Shown piece after piece: positions 1-12,900 of a stretch of 64,000 bases of DNA. Numbering within the stretch: the first letter of the stretch is position 1; every line of letters starts with the position of its first letter. Source of the DNA: Nemertoderma westbladi. Taxonomy: Eukaryota; Animalia; Xenacoelomorpha. The notes below the pieces were generated by a model. It did no database searches and was not told the DNA's origin. It worked only from the letters and a program-made list of their open reading frames with translations. The stretch is taken from positions 19,472 through 83,471 of the forward strand of contig JAUCBJ010005774.1 of assembly GCA_032718475.1 (NCBI GenBank), given 5' to 3'. Made by a program: the position numbers and the translations under genes.

Positions 1-2100
1 AAACATGGTGTTATTACTGTGGTAAACATGGTGTTATTCTTATTACTGCGGTAAACATGGTGTTATTACTGTGGTAAACATAGTGTTATTACTGAGGTAA
101 ACATGGTGTTATTACTGTGGTAAACATGGTGTTATTATTGTGGTAAACATGGTGTTATTCTTATTACTGTGGTAAACATGGTGTTATTCTTATTACTGTG
201 GTAAACATGGTGTTATTACTGTGGTAAACATGGTGTTATTACTGAGGTAAACATGGTGTTATTACTGTGGTAAACATGGTGTTATTACTGTGGTAAACAT
301 GGTGTTATTACTGTGGTAAACATGGTGTTATTACTGTGGTAAACATGGTGTTATTCTTATTACTGTGGTAAACATGGTGTTATTACTGTGGTAAACATGG
401 TGTTATTACTGTGGTAAACATGGTGTTATTATTGTCGTAAACATGGTGTTATTACTGAGGTAAACATGGTGTTATTACTGTGGTAAACATGGTGTTATTA
501 CTGTGGTAAACATGGTGTTATTCTTATTACTGTGGTAAACATGGTGTTATTACTGTGGTAAACATGGTGTTATTACTGTGGTAAACATGGTGTTATTCTT
601 ATTACTGTGGTAAACATGGTGTTATTACTGTGGTAAACATGGTGTTATTACTGTGGTAAACATGGTGTTATTATTGTGGTAAACATGGTGTTATTCTTAT
701 TACTGTGGTAAACATGGTGTTATTACTGTGGTAAACATGGTGTTATTACTGTGGTAAACATGGTGTTATTACTGAGGTAAACATGGTGTTATTACTGTGG
801 TAAACATAGTGTTATTACTGAGGTAAACATGGTGTTATTACTGTGGTAAACATGGTGTTATTATTGTGGTAAACATGGTGTTATTCTTATTACTGTGGTA
901 AACATGGTGTTATTCTTATTACTGTGGTAAACATGGTGTTATTACTGTGGTAAACATGGTGTTATTACTGAGGTAAACATGGTGTTATTACTGTGGTAAA
1001 CATGGTGTTATTACTGTGGTAAACATGGTGTTATTACTGTGGTAAACATGGTGTTATTACTGTGGTAAACATGGTGTTATTCTTATTACTGTGGTAAACA
1101 TGGTGTTATTACTGTGGTAAACATGGTGTTATTACTGTGGTAAACATGGTGTTATTATTGTCGTAAACATGGTGTTATTACTGAGGTAAACATGGTGTTA
1201 TTACTGTGGTAAACATGGTGTTATTACTGTGGTAAACATGGTGTTATTCTTATTACTGTGGTAAACATGGTGTTATTACTGTGGTAAACATGGTGTTATT
1301 ACTGTGGTAAACATGGTGTTATTCTTATTACTGTGGTAAACATGGTGTTATTACTGTGGTAAACATGGTGTTATTACTGTGGTAAACATGGTGTTATTAT
1401 TGTGGTAAACATGGTGTTATTCTTATTACTGTGGTAAACATGGTGTTATTACTGTGGTAAACATGGTGTTATTACTGTGGTAAACATGGTGTTATTACTG
1501 AGGTAAACATGGTGTTATTACTGTGGTAAACATGGTGTTATTATTGTGGTAAACATGGTGTTATTCTTATTACTGTGGTAAACATGGTGTTATTCTTATT
1601 ACTGTGGTAAACATGGTGTTATTACTGTGGTAAACATGGTGTTATTACTGAGGTAAACATGGTGTTATTACTGTGGTAAACATGGTGTTATTACTGTGGT
1701 AAACATGGTGTTATTACTGTGGTAAACATGGTGTTATTACTGTGGTAAACATGGTGTTATTACTGTGGTAAACATGGTGTTATTCTTATTACTGTGGTAA
1801 ACATGGTGTTATTACTGTGGTAAACATGGTGTTATTACTGAGGTAAACATGGTGATATTACTGTGGTAAACATGGTGTTATTACTGTGGTAAACATGGTG
1901 TTATTACTGTGGTAAACATGGTGTTATTACTGTGGTAAACATGGTGTTATTCTTATTACTGTGGTAAACATGGTGTTATTCTTATTACTGTGGTAAACAT
2001 GGTGTTATTACTGTGGTAAACATGGTGTTATTACTGTGGTAAACATGGTGTTATTACTGAGGTAAACATGGTGTTATTACTGTGGTAAACATGGTGTTAT
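1..2100. repeat. Tandem array, 23-bp unit ggtaaacatggtgttattactgt (29-bp variant with a tattct insertion); truncated by window start
   Basis: Directly visible; a rare gtcg variant recurs about 726 bp apart (434, 1160), indicating a higher-order repeat. Confidence 0.97.
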
Positions 2101-2464
2101 CTACATCTGACAACTACATATTTTATATAGATCTTAATTTGGGGTTGACACTTTCCGTATTTAATCTCTCTTAATCTGCATGTGTAATTTTCGGGGTGAC
2201 ATTTTTGTTCCCAAAGTGATACATCTCTCACAGAATTAAATAAAAGCGAATAGCTATTACAGTAGCTCGGTCACTCTGAATGGCGGGACAGCTGAATGAT
2301 TTTTTAGTTATCGTGAACAGTCGAGTGATTGTCGTAGAGTCGAATGAATTACTATGAATGCAGTTGAAGCAACTGGGGTAACTAACAACTTAAGGGGGGG
2401 GGGGGGGGGGGTAGCGCATTTTCTGACCAAAAAGTCGAATTTTTGAAACACATCCTATCTGATG

Positions 2465-3317
2465 CAGAATTTCATGCTAAATCCAAATATGGAAACGAGA
2501 AACGAGAAAGAGCACATAATTTTAATTGAGAAGGTATTGTTTTATGATTATTTGACCTACTGATCAGTTTATAAGACAACTTCAATTCTCCGGAATGAAG
2601 ACGGGACTCGAATAAGCGACTCTGTGGTCTTTGCGGGATTACACGGAATAGACTTATCGGTCATCGGAGATCTTCTAAATGTATAATCTCCAGTTCTAGT
2701 GGTCGTACGGAGTTATGGGCTCATTCGAAAGCTCTTTTCTTAGAGAACAAAGTTACCATTTGATTTAAGACAAAATGGTTGTAAAGCAACATAACATAAA
2801 TTTGGGTAAAATATGCCTTGCAAATTTTGTTCAAGTTATGATTGCTCAGGCAGCTTTCAAGAGTTTGCCAAACCAAATGGTAACTTTGGTCTCTGAGAAA
2901 AGAGCTTTCGAATGAGCCCATAACTCCGTACGACCATTAGAACTGGAGATTATACATTTAGAAGATCTCCGATGACCGATAAGTCTATTCCGTGTAATCC
3001 CGCAAAGAACGCAGAGTCGCTTATTCGAGTCCCGTCTTCATTCCGGAGACTTGAAGTTGTCTTATAAACTGATCAGTAGGTCCAATAATCATAAAACAAT
3101 ACCTTCTCAATTAAAATTTTGTGCTCTTTCTCGTGGAGATATCCAATTAGCACCACTGAGCACAGAAATTTGCAGAAATTGAATGCAAACCAAAAACTTC
3201 ATCGCCTTTACCGATATCGCGATATATCGGAGCCAGTATCTTCTATCCCAGATATCTCGAAAACTAAGCAAGATATGGGAAAACGGTTTCCATATTTGGA
3301 TTCAGCATGAAATTCTG
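2465..3317. mobile_element. Foldback / MITE-like long inverted repeat element
   Basis: Arms 2502-2740 and 2896-3134 are near-perfect reverse complements (~240 bp); outer pair about 2465-2496 / 3286-3317; no coding capacity, TSD not identified. Confidence 0.7.
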
Positions 3318-3627
3318 ACCGGTAACTGATTTTGGGCCTAAATAGTCTAACAGCAGGGGGAACCACCTGAATGACAAGGACATCACATAACACATCACAA
3401 CCAATAATTAGAAACGAGCTAACGTAGATGACAGTCAAAAACACAACCTCCACTCATAAACATTAACCTTTTAAACCCATTAAACTTAAGTTAACCAATA
3501 ACTATTTATATATACCAAAAACGGTATATACAGCACTGCTTCTCTGGAATAGGGCCTGGACATTGCTGCTCTATGGGCTCAAACTGCTAACCAGGTGTTC
3601 GGATTAGTAAGCGGACGCACCACCTAC

Positions 3628-3923
3628 CTCGGTGTACATTGGCACTCGTACTGATTCCCGTTGAGGCCGCGTTCCTCGCACGTTCCCCCGTTCTTGCAGG
3701 GATTGGTTCCGCAGACCCCGGCGTCTCGGATGGCCTCGTTGCAGTGGTGCTGCACGCCGACGCTGGCCGTCAGACCCACGGCGCCCCCGTCGCCGGGCGA
3801 CCGCGGTAGACTCTCGTCCGAGTACTCAACCTCGTCTAGACAACCCCGGAACCCGTAACGAACACTCGTACGGAACTCCTGCGGGTCTTCGGGTTGTCCT
3901 AGCAACATAGGTACAACCTTCAC
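3628..3923 (-). CDS. FAT1: Fat-like cadherin exon: end of laminin-G plus EGF domain
   Basis: ctacag|GTGAAG acceptor; YGFRGCLDEV...CGTNPCKNGGTC...YECQCTP; AG|GTAGGT donor. Confidence 0.9.
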
Positions 3924-6900
3924 CTGTAGTAAGAAATTATATTCAGGATTAAAACAATAATAACTTATAACAGTGAAAAGTGATGTTCAGGAATATTCAC
4001 TTTATATTATCCACGTAGAACAATGAACCCTGGAATTGTTCTAGAATCTACTATTGTTACCTTCCAGCGTTCCTAACTATAGGCCGTAACGCTACAAAGT
4101 GGTACTTTTCATCATTATGACCGCAACAAAGCGATGGAAATTTAACATTATATAACAAAAGTATTACAACAAAAATTGTTTTAGGCAGATAACTTTATCT
4201 GCCTATCTATAATGAAACGTAAGTGTTAAAAGTAGATAAAAGTAGGTAAAAACCAACAAATAATATAATATCTGGAGACCAGAAGATATTATATTACTCA
4301 GTTTGCTTTTTGGTAAGGTCTTTTTATTTTTCACTTTTCAATATTTAGGCTTCGCTATATTGTCTTTGCCGCTGTACCTCTTTAGAAAACCAACTTTTGT
4401 GGGGGAAACTTAACTATTTATTACACAAAAAAGTAATGGGTTGAATACCTCGGCGCCAACGTAGATATAAGTTTGTGTGAGATCAGTGTCCGGGACACGG
4501 CGAAGGTGGGTGCTGTCGCTGTCCGGGACGGGAGCGTTGCTAAGGAACACCACATCCCCGCTCTGATTGGCTCGCACCATCAGCTGTATGAGGCCCTTGG
4601 CGCGGGACACCTCAACGGTATGCCATCTAGCGTCGTCTAAGCGAACATCGCCAACTCGCACAACGCAATCTCCGCTACCCGAGTTGAACCTTTCATATAA
4701 GAAAAAAGAATTATTATAGAAAATATATTTAAAAACCTAAAAGATACAAAATATACGAACATTTGTTTCATCAAACTCTCACTAAATTTATATGTTTCGC
4801 TATAAAAATTACGTAAAACGCAATGATACTAGAATGTAAAGAACTGTGAATGATGAATGTAATCCAGTTACGAGACTTTTAAAAGGATTTAACGTAAAAT
4901 TCCGGGTTGGCAATAGCAAATAACAAAAAAAGGTATTGGCGGTTAACAGCCTCTCCTGTCAAGGATAATATCTATAAGGCAGTGATAGCGCCACACTAAC
5001 TCCCAAGGGTTAACACTCATTCCTTTACTCCCCCAGCAGAAGCAGCAAAGTCCACCTTGTACTGCCGGATCTAAAGAGTCTTATTACTTCCGGACACAAC
5101 ATGTGTAGTAAATAATACTAAATATAATATAATATTAATTAAATAATTAAATGCTAATAATAATTAAATACTTTAAACTCGAAGATATTAAATAATCGCA
5201 CCTGAACTGAGCGTAACCGCTCGCAATCTCCAATATAGAGTAATAATCGTTGACCCGATGGTACAGGAGATAGCCGTCGGAATGGCGGGTTCGGATGTTC
5301 GCCTTGAAACGGAACGGCTCCGAGACGGACAGCCGACCCCGCAGTAGGTAGGCGAGGTAACTCCGTCCCGCGAAGGTCATCGGTTTGTCGACCTCCAGAG
5401 CCCCCTCGGTGCAGCCCTCGCAGCCCGGGCCCTGGCGGGCGCAACCCAGACCGAAGCGCCCATCCGGGCACTGGCACCGGTACGATACGTACTCCTCGGC
5501 GACGCAGACCTAAGCGGAATTATATAAATATACAGAACGGGAAAAAAAGTAAGACATATAGGGTAGTAAGAGTCGTAAAGTAGTACTTTATTGAGTTAGT
5601 AATCGGTAAGTTTTATATAAAACTCTGGAAGAAAAATTTAGTTATTGCATTCCCGAGTCATATTGTGTATTTGTAATCCTGGCCGTTTTAGAAGCACTCC
5701 CGGGGCAAAGTACGATGTTGTAGACAGATTAAACAAATTAAATTGACGGGTGCAAATACACAAACACTGTCAGACACTAAATAAATTATTGTAACTCACT
5801 CACATCCTGATGTATGCAGGTTAAACGGGTTACTTAATAAAAAATAAACAGGTTACAGTTGCAGTGTTTTTTAACCAAAACAATAAACGATACTCAATAA
5901 AGATTACATTGTCGATATAATAATACACCAATCACTGGAAAGGAACGGGTTAGAGTGCCGGTGTTCCTTCATGCCTTCCTTCTCTTCCTCTCTCCTAGTA
6001 TTTTTTCCCGGGAATGGGAAATACAGTAAACTTCACATGTGCCTCACTCAGCATGGACAACATAAAAATATATTTATTTACTTTTAGATAAAATATGTTT
6101 TTCTTATTCAATGATTCGTAATCGTCACCGCAAAAAATCTACAATTACCTTTCGAAGATTTTTGCCCTGGGGATATTTCTCTGTTGGGTGATTACTATCA
6201 TACAGACGGGATCACTAATTATACTCCTACGCTATGGGTCACCTGTACCTACGTGGCTCGCCCCACACCACCATAGCCGATATGGAAGTCTCGACGATAT
6301 AAATCAACTTACCTTGGGACTCGGACACGGGTTCGGAAAGCACACGAGTTCATCGGGACTTCGACAGGAACTTCCTCTCGCTCCTTCCTTATCGTCGCAC
6401 TCGCAACGAGGAACGCGGACGTGGCGCAGCGACGTAAACGAGAGTTTCGCGGAGCTGAACACGGCGATGGATCCCCGGTCGAGGGTGACCCGGGTCCGAC
6501 AGCGCTCGTCGGAGCCGGCGCAAGGGGCCGAACCGTCGCAGAGGTCCGCGTCGACCCGGGACACGACGTACCCGAGGGAGGAACTCAACCCGCGGCGACG
6601 CGAGATGATCTTCCGCCGGAGTTCGGTCGCCGGTAGGTAAACCCCGTCGGCGCCGCGGACAGCCAATAGCAGCTCGAGGCGGGAACCGGTCTGAAGGGAA
6701 GTAGAGATTGTAAATAGTAAATATATCAACAATAAATTATAAAAGTTATATGGCAATAATAAAAATGAAGGATAAAAAGTAGCACTAAATTCTAAGAAGA
6801 ATTTAACTTATTTTTAACATCGCCATTAGGAGACTTGGGGGCGGGTGGGGGGAGGGGTGTATTGACGCAGATTCCATCTCGGCGAATTAATATATCGTCT

Positions 6901-9900
6901 CTACGTATGAACAATGTTAACTTCTCTCTTAAATGGGGGGGGGGGGGGGGGGGGGGCATCGAAACGCATCCCGCAGCATTCAGGAGACATAAACTTGTTA
7001 AATTAAAAGGTTTCAGACTAAGATCATGTTCAAATCGCTACACTCACAGATAACTCTCATGTGTCAGAAGTCATCATTAACCTTTAAAAAAACGTGATTG
7101 AATTGGAATCGAGTTCGAGAAGTGAATTTCGAATAGCTTTCCTAAAACAACAAAACTTCACGTCCCATAAATGAACTGCGGGCTCCTTTAATAACTTTTT
7201 AAAATAATAGTTTATTGATATTGGTGTAACTACACTAGACAAATTCAATTTGACCAATGGAATAATAAATATAGTATTCCATGGTAAAAAAAAATATTAT
7301 CAAAAGCAAAAATTACAATTCACCCAATAAATGGCTACGTCGCAGAAAGGCTCTGAAAATATATAAACGAATCATTCGTATCTTGGCACTTGGCAACATT
7401 ACTACCCGAAAGGTTACTATTCTTTTAACTAACTGGCTGTAGTTTTAACATGAACAATTGAATTATTAAGTCGTCGTACCAAGTTTAGTGAGTACCAAGA
7501 TCAGGCCATGGCAAAATCCTCTATTATACGAAAGAATGTAAAGTTGAGATTCGGTCGTACATCATTGTGGTTTGAATTTCCCGCCAAACACCAACGACTG
7601 GAATCATATAACTGATCAGTCTGTACAGTAACGAGTACAATGATATTGTTCTAAAAGACAGCCGGTTGAAGATATGAATCGTGATGATCAGCCATTGGGA
7701 ACTGCTGAAAGACACTGATATTGATAACGGAGATGCATTGTAGATTTACATTAGTTTATCGCGAACCGTGGAGCTGTTAGTTGCGCTGTACAGACGGACG
7801 TCCAACAATGAATCCTGGGGGTGAGGCCGATTAGCAATATTGTGAATTAATTAAATTGAAATAGATTCCGAATATTTTCACCCACCTGCTGGATACTCAT
7901 CACATTAACATCGCTGTCGTAGCGACTCCCTAGTATTTCTCGGAGTTCGTATATAAACTGATCGTACTTAGAAGATATGAACTCCTCTCCATGTAGATCC
8001 GCCATGTGGATGGTAACAGAATGTTCTAAATCTTCAGCCGTCACCAGAATTACCTTCACAGTTACTTCCGCTTTAGCAGTGAATTTCCCTGTGAGTTAAA
8101 GTAATCAGTGAATAATATAATTAATTGAAACTTAATTTTTTGAATTAAAAAAAAAGTCAACTTTTCTTCGACCTGTTAGGCTTATGGCCATTACGCAATG
8201 TCTTACGACTTATTTTTGGAGCTACCCCCCGGAACTATACTCCCCAGAGGGAAGTGGTACTCATACCAATTAAGGAATAAAGACAAAGATGCGTGCTGAC
8301 GAGTCTCTTTAAAGCATTCGTGTTGCAACTAAAACTCCCCTGGCACCCAATGCGGGGATCGAACCCACGACCTCCGGAGAGACGATGTGAATTCAAGGAT
8401 TTAACGACAACGCCCAGGTGGGACTACATAATATTCCTAATTAAATAAAAACGATAATGATGACAAGCTAATTGAAGTAACTAAGTGAAATATATTTAAA
8501 GATAAAACTGACCGTCAGTAACCGTGGCAGTGATCCTGTAGGACCCGTCATCCAACTCGACTAGGGGTACCACCGCCCCTCCAGTTGTTACGGTCATCAG
8601 GTTTTTCTCCCCGTCTAGCCCGTATATCAGGGTATCGTACTGGTCCCTGTCCGTGCCGACCACGTGGCCAATGGTCGCGCCTCGCGGGAAGGTAGCCAAC
8701 GAGGTCACCGCCATGATCTGGTGGGGCTGTAGGATGGGCGGGTACTTCGATTGTGTTACCACGGTAACGGTGACAACAGTCGAGGATGATAGAGGAGGTG
8801 TTCCTGGGTAAATTTGCGAAGAAAAGTAAAGTAAAGCTAGCTGCACTGAATAAATCATAGTGTAAAGTTTTTCACTAATTTTCTTATTTTCTCAATAACT
8901 AACTTTCTTTTTGGCGAATAAATAGTTATTAACAAAAAAAAAACCTTTTTTACTAATTCCAGAAAATTCGTGAAAAATATCATTTTTTTCAAGTAATCAT
9001 TGATCAGGTGGAATAAGAACGCAGGGAAACATAAATAGATGGGAAAAATACAGGAAAATTTCTGTTTATTTTAATGAAATTCAGATTGTTTCTAAACATA
9101 TAAAGAATTTAGATGAATTCCGGACATTTCCAGGGCATCAGGATAATGGCGGGAAGTTTTGACTTTGAAATAAAAATAGACTACAATAATTACGAACCTG
9201 AGTCTGTTACCATCACTTCGATCGTGTACTCGGTCCCCGCAGACAGCTGTTGTCTGAGTTTCAGTACCGGTCCGCGGGAAGGGAAGAAGAACAAGGACTG
9301 TCCCGGTTTATTGGTGATACTGAAAGTAAATGGACCCGAGTTGCTAGGTCCGTCCCCATCGACCACATATAGTTTCAGTACATCATCACCTGGCCGGCTG
9401 AAAAACAATATAATTGCTGAGTTTATAGTAATAGTAAATAAATAGCGACCCACTATTTTTGAAATTGTCAAAATTGTACGATCATATCATGTGCCGAATT
9501 TAATGGCGATTTCAAATCTGCAAGAATCTTTCTCATATCTTTTCTCAAACTCGAGTTATTACCCAAAACGTAAGTTTTTATAAGCGCGACATTTTCAATT
9601 AATTGGGCATTTTCACCAAAATGGCGCCCAAAGTAGATATGAACAAGGAACATAGATTCAAAATTATGCTTGTCTCTAAGGCTTTCGAGCAATTTGAGCT
9701 AAAAATGCGTTGGGGCCATTCAAAGAAGATCCAGTTCACTATTTTAAAGATAAGGGAGATTAATGGGCATTAAAATTAGTTATTTTTTACTTTTTGTCAT
9801 TATTGAGTTAAATAGGATAAATACGATTATTTACTATGTAATAGTCAATGAGAACATTGAAGAACAAACTGAGCAACAAACTGATTAGTACTTATATATG

Positions 9901-12900
9901 TGACATCATATATGCTCAATGTTTAACAGACATACCAAAAATTATGTTGTTGGAGTTATTTGTATCTGGTAGCGCCAGACTGATGTGTTAATAATGGGTT
10001 CGATCCCGGTACAGGTTCAATTAATTTTGTCTCTTATTTGTTAAAGTAACTTTTGAGGGCCCCTCAAAACAACTACCTACCTCTATAAAGAGGCAGTTTA
10101 GTTACAAGGATAATAACCACATTGACCCACGGAAGTATTTTTAAACTGAACTGGAAGTATTTGCAGACAAAATCATCAGCAGAACGATCAGAATAAACTT
10201 TACTTACCGGTCCTCCGGTAGCGTAACGGAATAGTTACTCCGCGTAAACAGCGGTGGGTTGTCGTTAACGTCGGTAACCGAGACCGATACGATCGCCGTC
10301 GTCTCCATGGCGACGGGAATCCCGCCGTCGGAGGCGACAACCGCGAGTCGGTAGACCCCGGCGGCCTCGCGGTCGAGCGGAGCGGCAACGCGGACCCGCC
10401 CGGAGCGCGGGTCTACGCGGAAGCGACTCGGGGCGGGATCCCCTGAGGCGATACGGTACCGGATCCCGTCGTCCGCGGCGATCTCGTCTCCACTTTCGTC
10501 CATGGCGATCTCGTCTCCACTTTCGTCCATGGCGATCTCGTCTTCACTTTCGTCCACGGCGATCTCGGCTCCACCCTTGTCCGTGGCAATCCCGTTAGTT
10601 GTGAACCCGTCCGCATCGGTTGCGCGAACCGTGGCCACCGTCGTACCGATCGCCACGTCTTCCGAAACAACGGCCTCATACAACGGCTGACTGAACCGCG
10701 GCGCGTTGTCGTTGACGTCTAACAGTCGGACGGTTACGGGAGCCTCCTCGCTGAGTGGAGGGGAACCACGGTCGGTTGCCCGGACAACCAGGGAGTACAC
10801 CGAGTTGGTTTCGTAGTCGACTGGAAGCCGAGTTGATATAATACCTGGGGAGAGAAAATGGTAAACTATACCAATAGTAAATGGTAAACTATACCAATAG
10901 TAAATGGTAAACTATACCAATAGTAAATGGTAAACTATACCAATAGTAAATGGTAAACTATACCAATAGTAAATGGTAAACTATACCAATAGTAAATGGT
11001 AAACTATACCAATAGTAAATGGTAAACTATACCAATAGTCAAGGGTAAACTATACCAATAGTAAATGGTAAACTATACCAATAGGAAATAGTAAACTATA
11101 CCAATAGTAAATGGTAAACTATACCAATAACGTTCATAAAGTATATCACGCAAATTTTCCAGATTTCCGTATTGATTTGGCTCAAATTATACGTTTTTTT
11201 GCCAAAAAGTAACAATTCAAAAAAATTTATTTTGTTTGCTATCACCTGGACAACAACTACTGTACGTCCATGTATGCCAAAATTAAATTGAGATATCAGA
11301 TTCAATTATAACAAATATCTTTTGTCTGCATGGACTGAGTGACTGTCCGACGGTCTGGTTTGTCTGGATGTGTCATGGTTTATCTTGATAAATAAAAGGA
11401 AAGCATACCACGACCTTCTAGCTAAGAGATTTGCAATAAGGGGGTTTACCTGGTTGATTCCGATAAATACGGTATGTTTACGAGGTGAATTGGTGAATAC
11501 ATTTTGCTTGAATCGCAGTGATTCTAAAAATAGATCTGACGCCATTCTTAATACGGGATATTATAGTTATATTACATAACTATATGATGATACTTATATA
11601 TCATTAATGTAATTACGACAATATATGTCACGACAATTATTAATTGCAATTATTATAATACTTGAGCTTATCCTAACTTGGCATAAAACGCCCCTTCATG
11701 GACTCTTAAAGGTCAATAACTCCTGGTTGGCATTACCGACTCGTCAATTCGGTCAGCCGTAAATCAAGATATTAAATATCCTGGCGGGAAATAATGTCAT
11801 TATAATGAACCGCTGCGCCATTCGAGCGGAAATTATGTAAATGTTATAAATAAGTAATATTATATGTATTTGGTTGCTAAGCTGTTATTATTGGAATACA
11901 AAATAAATTATCGCTAAATATTAAATTAATTAACTAAATTAATTAAATAAATAAAATATTTAATATTTCAGTGTTGGTTTGCACAAGAATTTTGTTGGCG
12001 ATTAAACCCAAGAATTCATTTCGATTAAACCAAAAAAAAAAGGGTTGTACAGGAGAGCTACACTGAAAAAAGTAAGTGCCGGTCGATTTTTTAACCATTG
12101 GTTATGGATAGGTACTTGCGGTAGTGATTGGTAAACCGGGGGTTAGTATGGATCATACAAAAATGGCTGGTAGTAACCTCCGGTTACGATATTAAACCGG
12201 CGGTTTAAGATATATTGGTTATATTACCTGAAACGAAACCTGTAGTCATTGCGGAATTTTGCATAGAAAGTGACGGTTGTATTAAAAAGGTGGTTATTAA
12301 ATTTTCAAACTGGCGGTTCTTATTGATGAAAACATATAATTTTCAAACCGGCGGTTTTTATGAAATGTAAAAATGGCGGTTTTATTTTCAAACTGTTGGT
12401 TCTTGTTAATTAAACGCTTATAGTTTTCAAACCGGCGGTTTTTATGAAATGTAAAAATGGTGGTCTTATATTCAAACTGTCGGTTCTTGTTAACAAACAC
12501 GTACGTAGTTTTCAAACCGGCGGTTTTTATGAAATGTAAAAATGGTGGTCTTATATTCAAACTGTCGGTTCTTGTTAATAAACACGTACGTAGTTTTCAA
12601 ACCGGCGGTTTTTATGAAATGTAAAAATTGTGGTCTTATATTCAAACTGTCGGTTCTTGTTAATAAACACGTACGTAGTTTTCAAACCGGCGGTTTTTAT
12701 GAAATGTAAAAATGATGGTCTTATATTCAAACTGTCGGTTCTTGTTAATAAACACCTAAGTAGTTTTTAAACCGGCGGTTTTTATGAAATGTAAAAATGG
12801 TGGTCTTATATTCAAACTGTTGGTTCTTGTTAATTAAACGCTTATAGTTTTCAAACCGGCGGTTTGTATGAAATGTAAAAATGGCGGTTGTATTTTCACA

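Noticed and set aside
8340-8426. tRNA genes here, at 38430-38492, at 21270-21320 and at 9965-10020
   Set aside because: Only B-box-like GGTTCGA motifs; no complete cloverleaf; better explained as SINE heads
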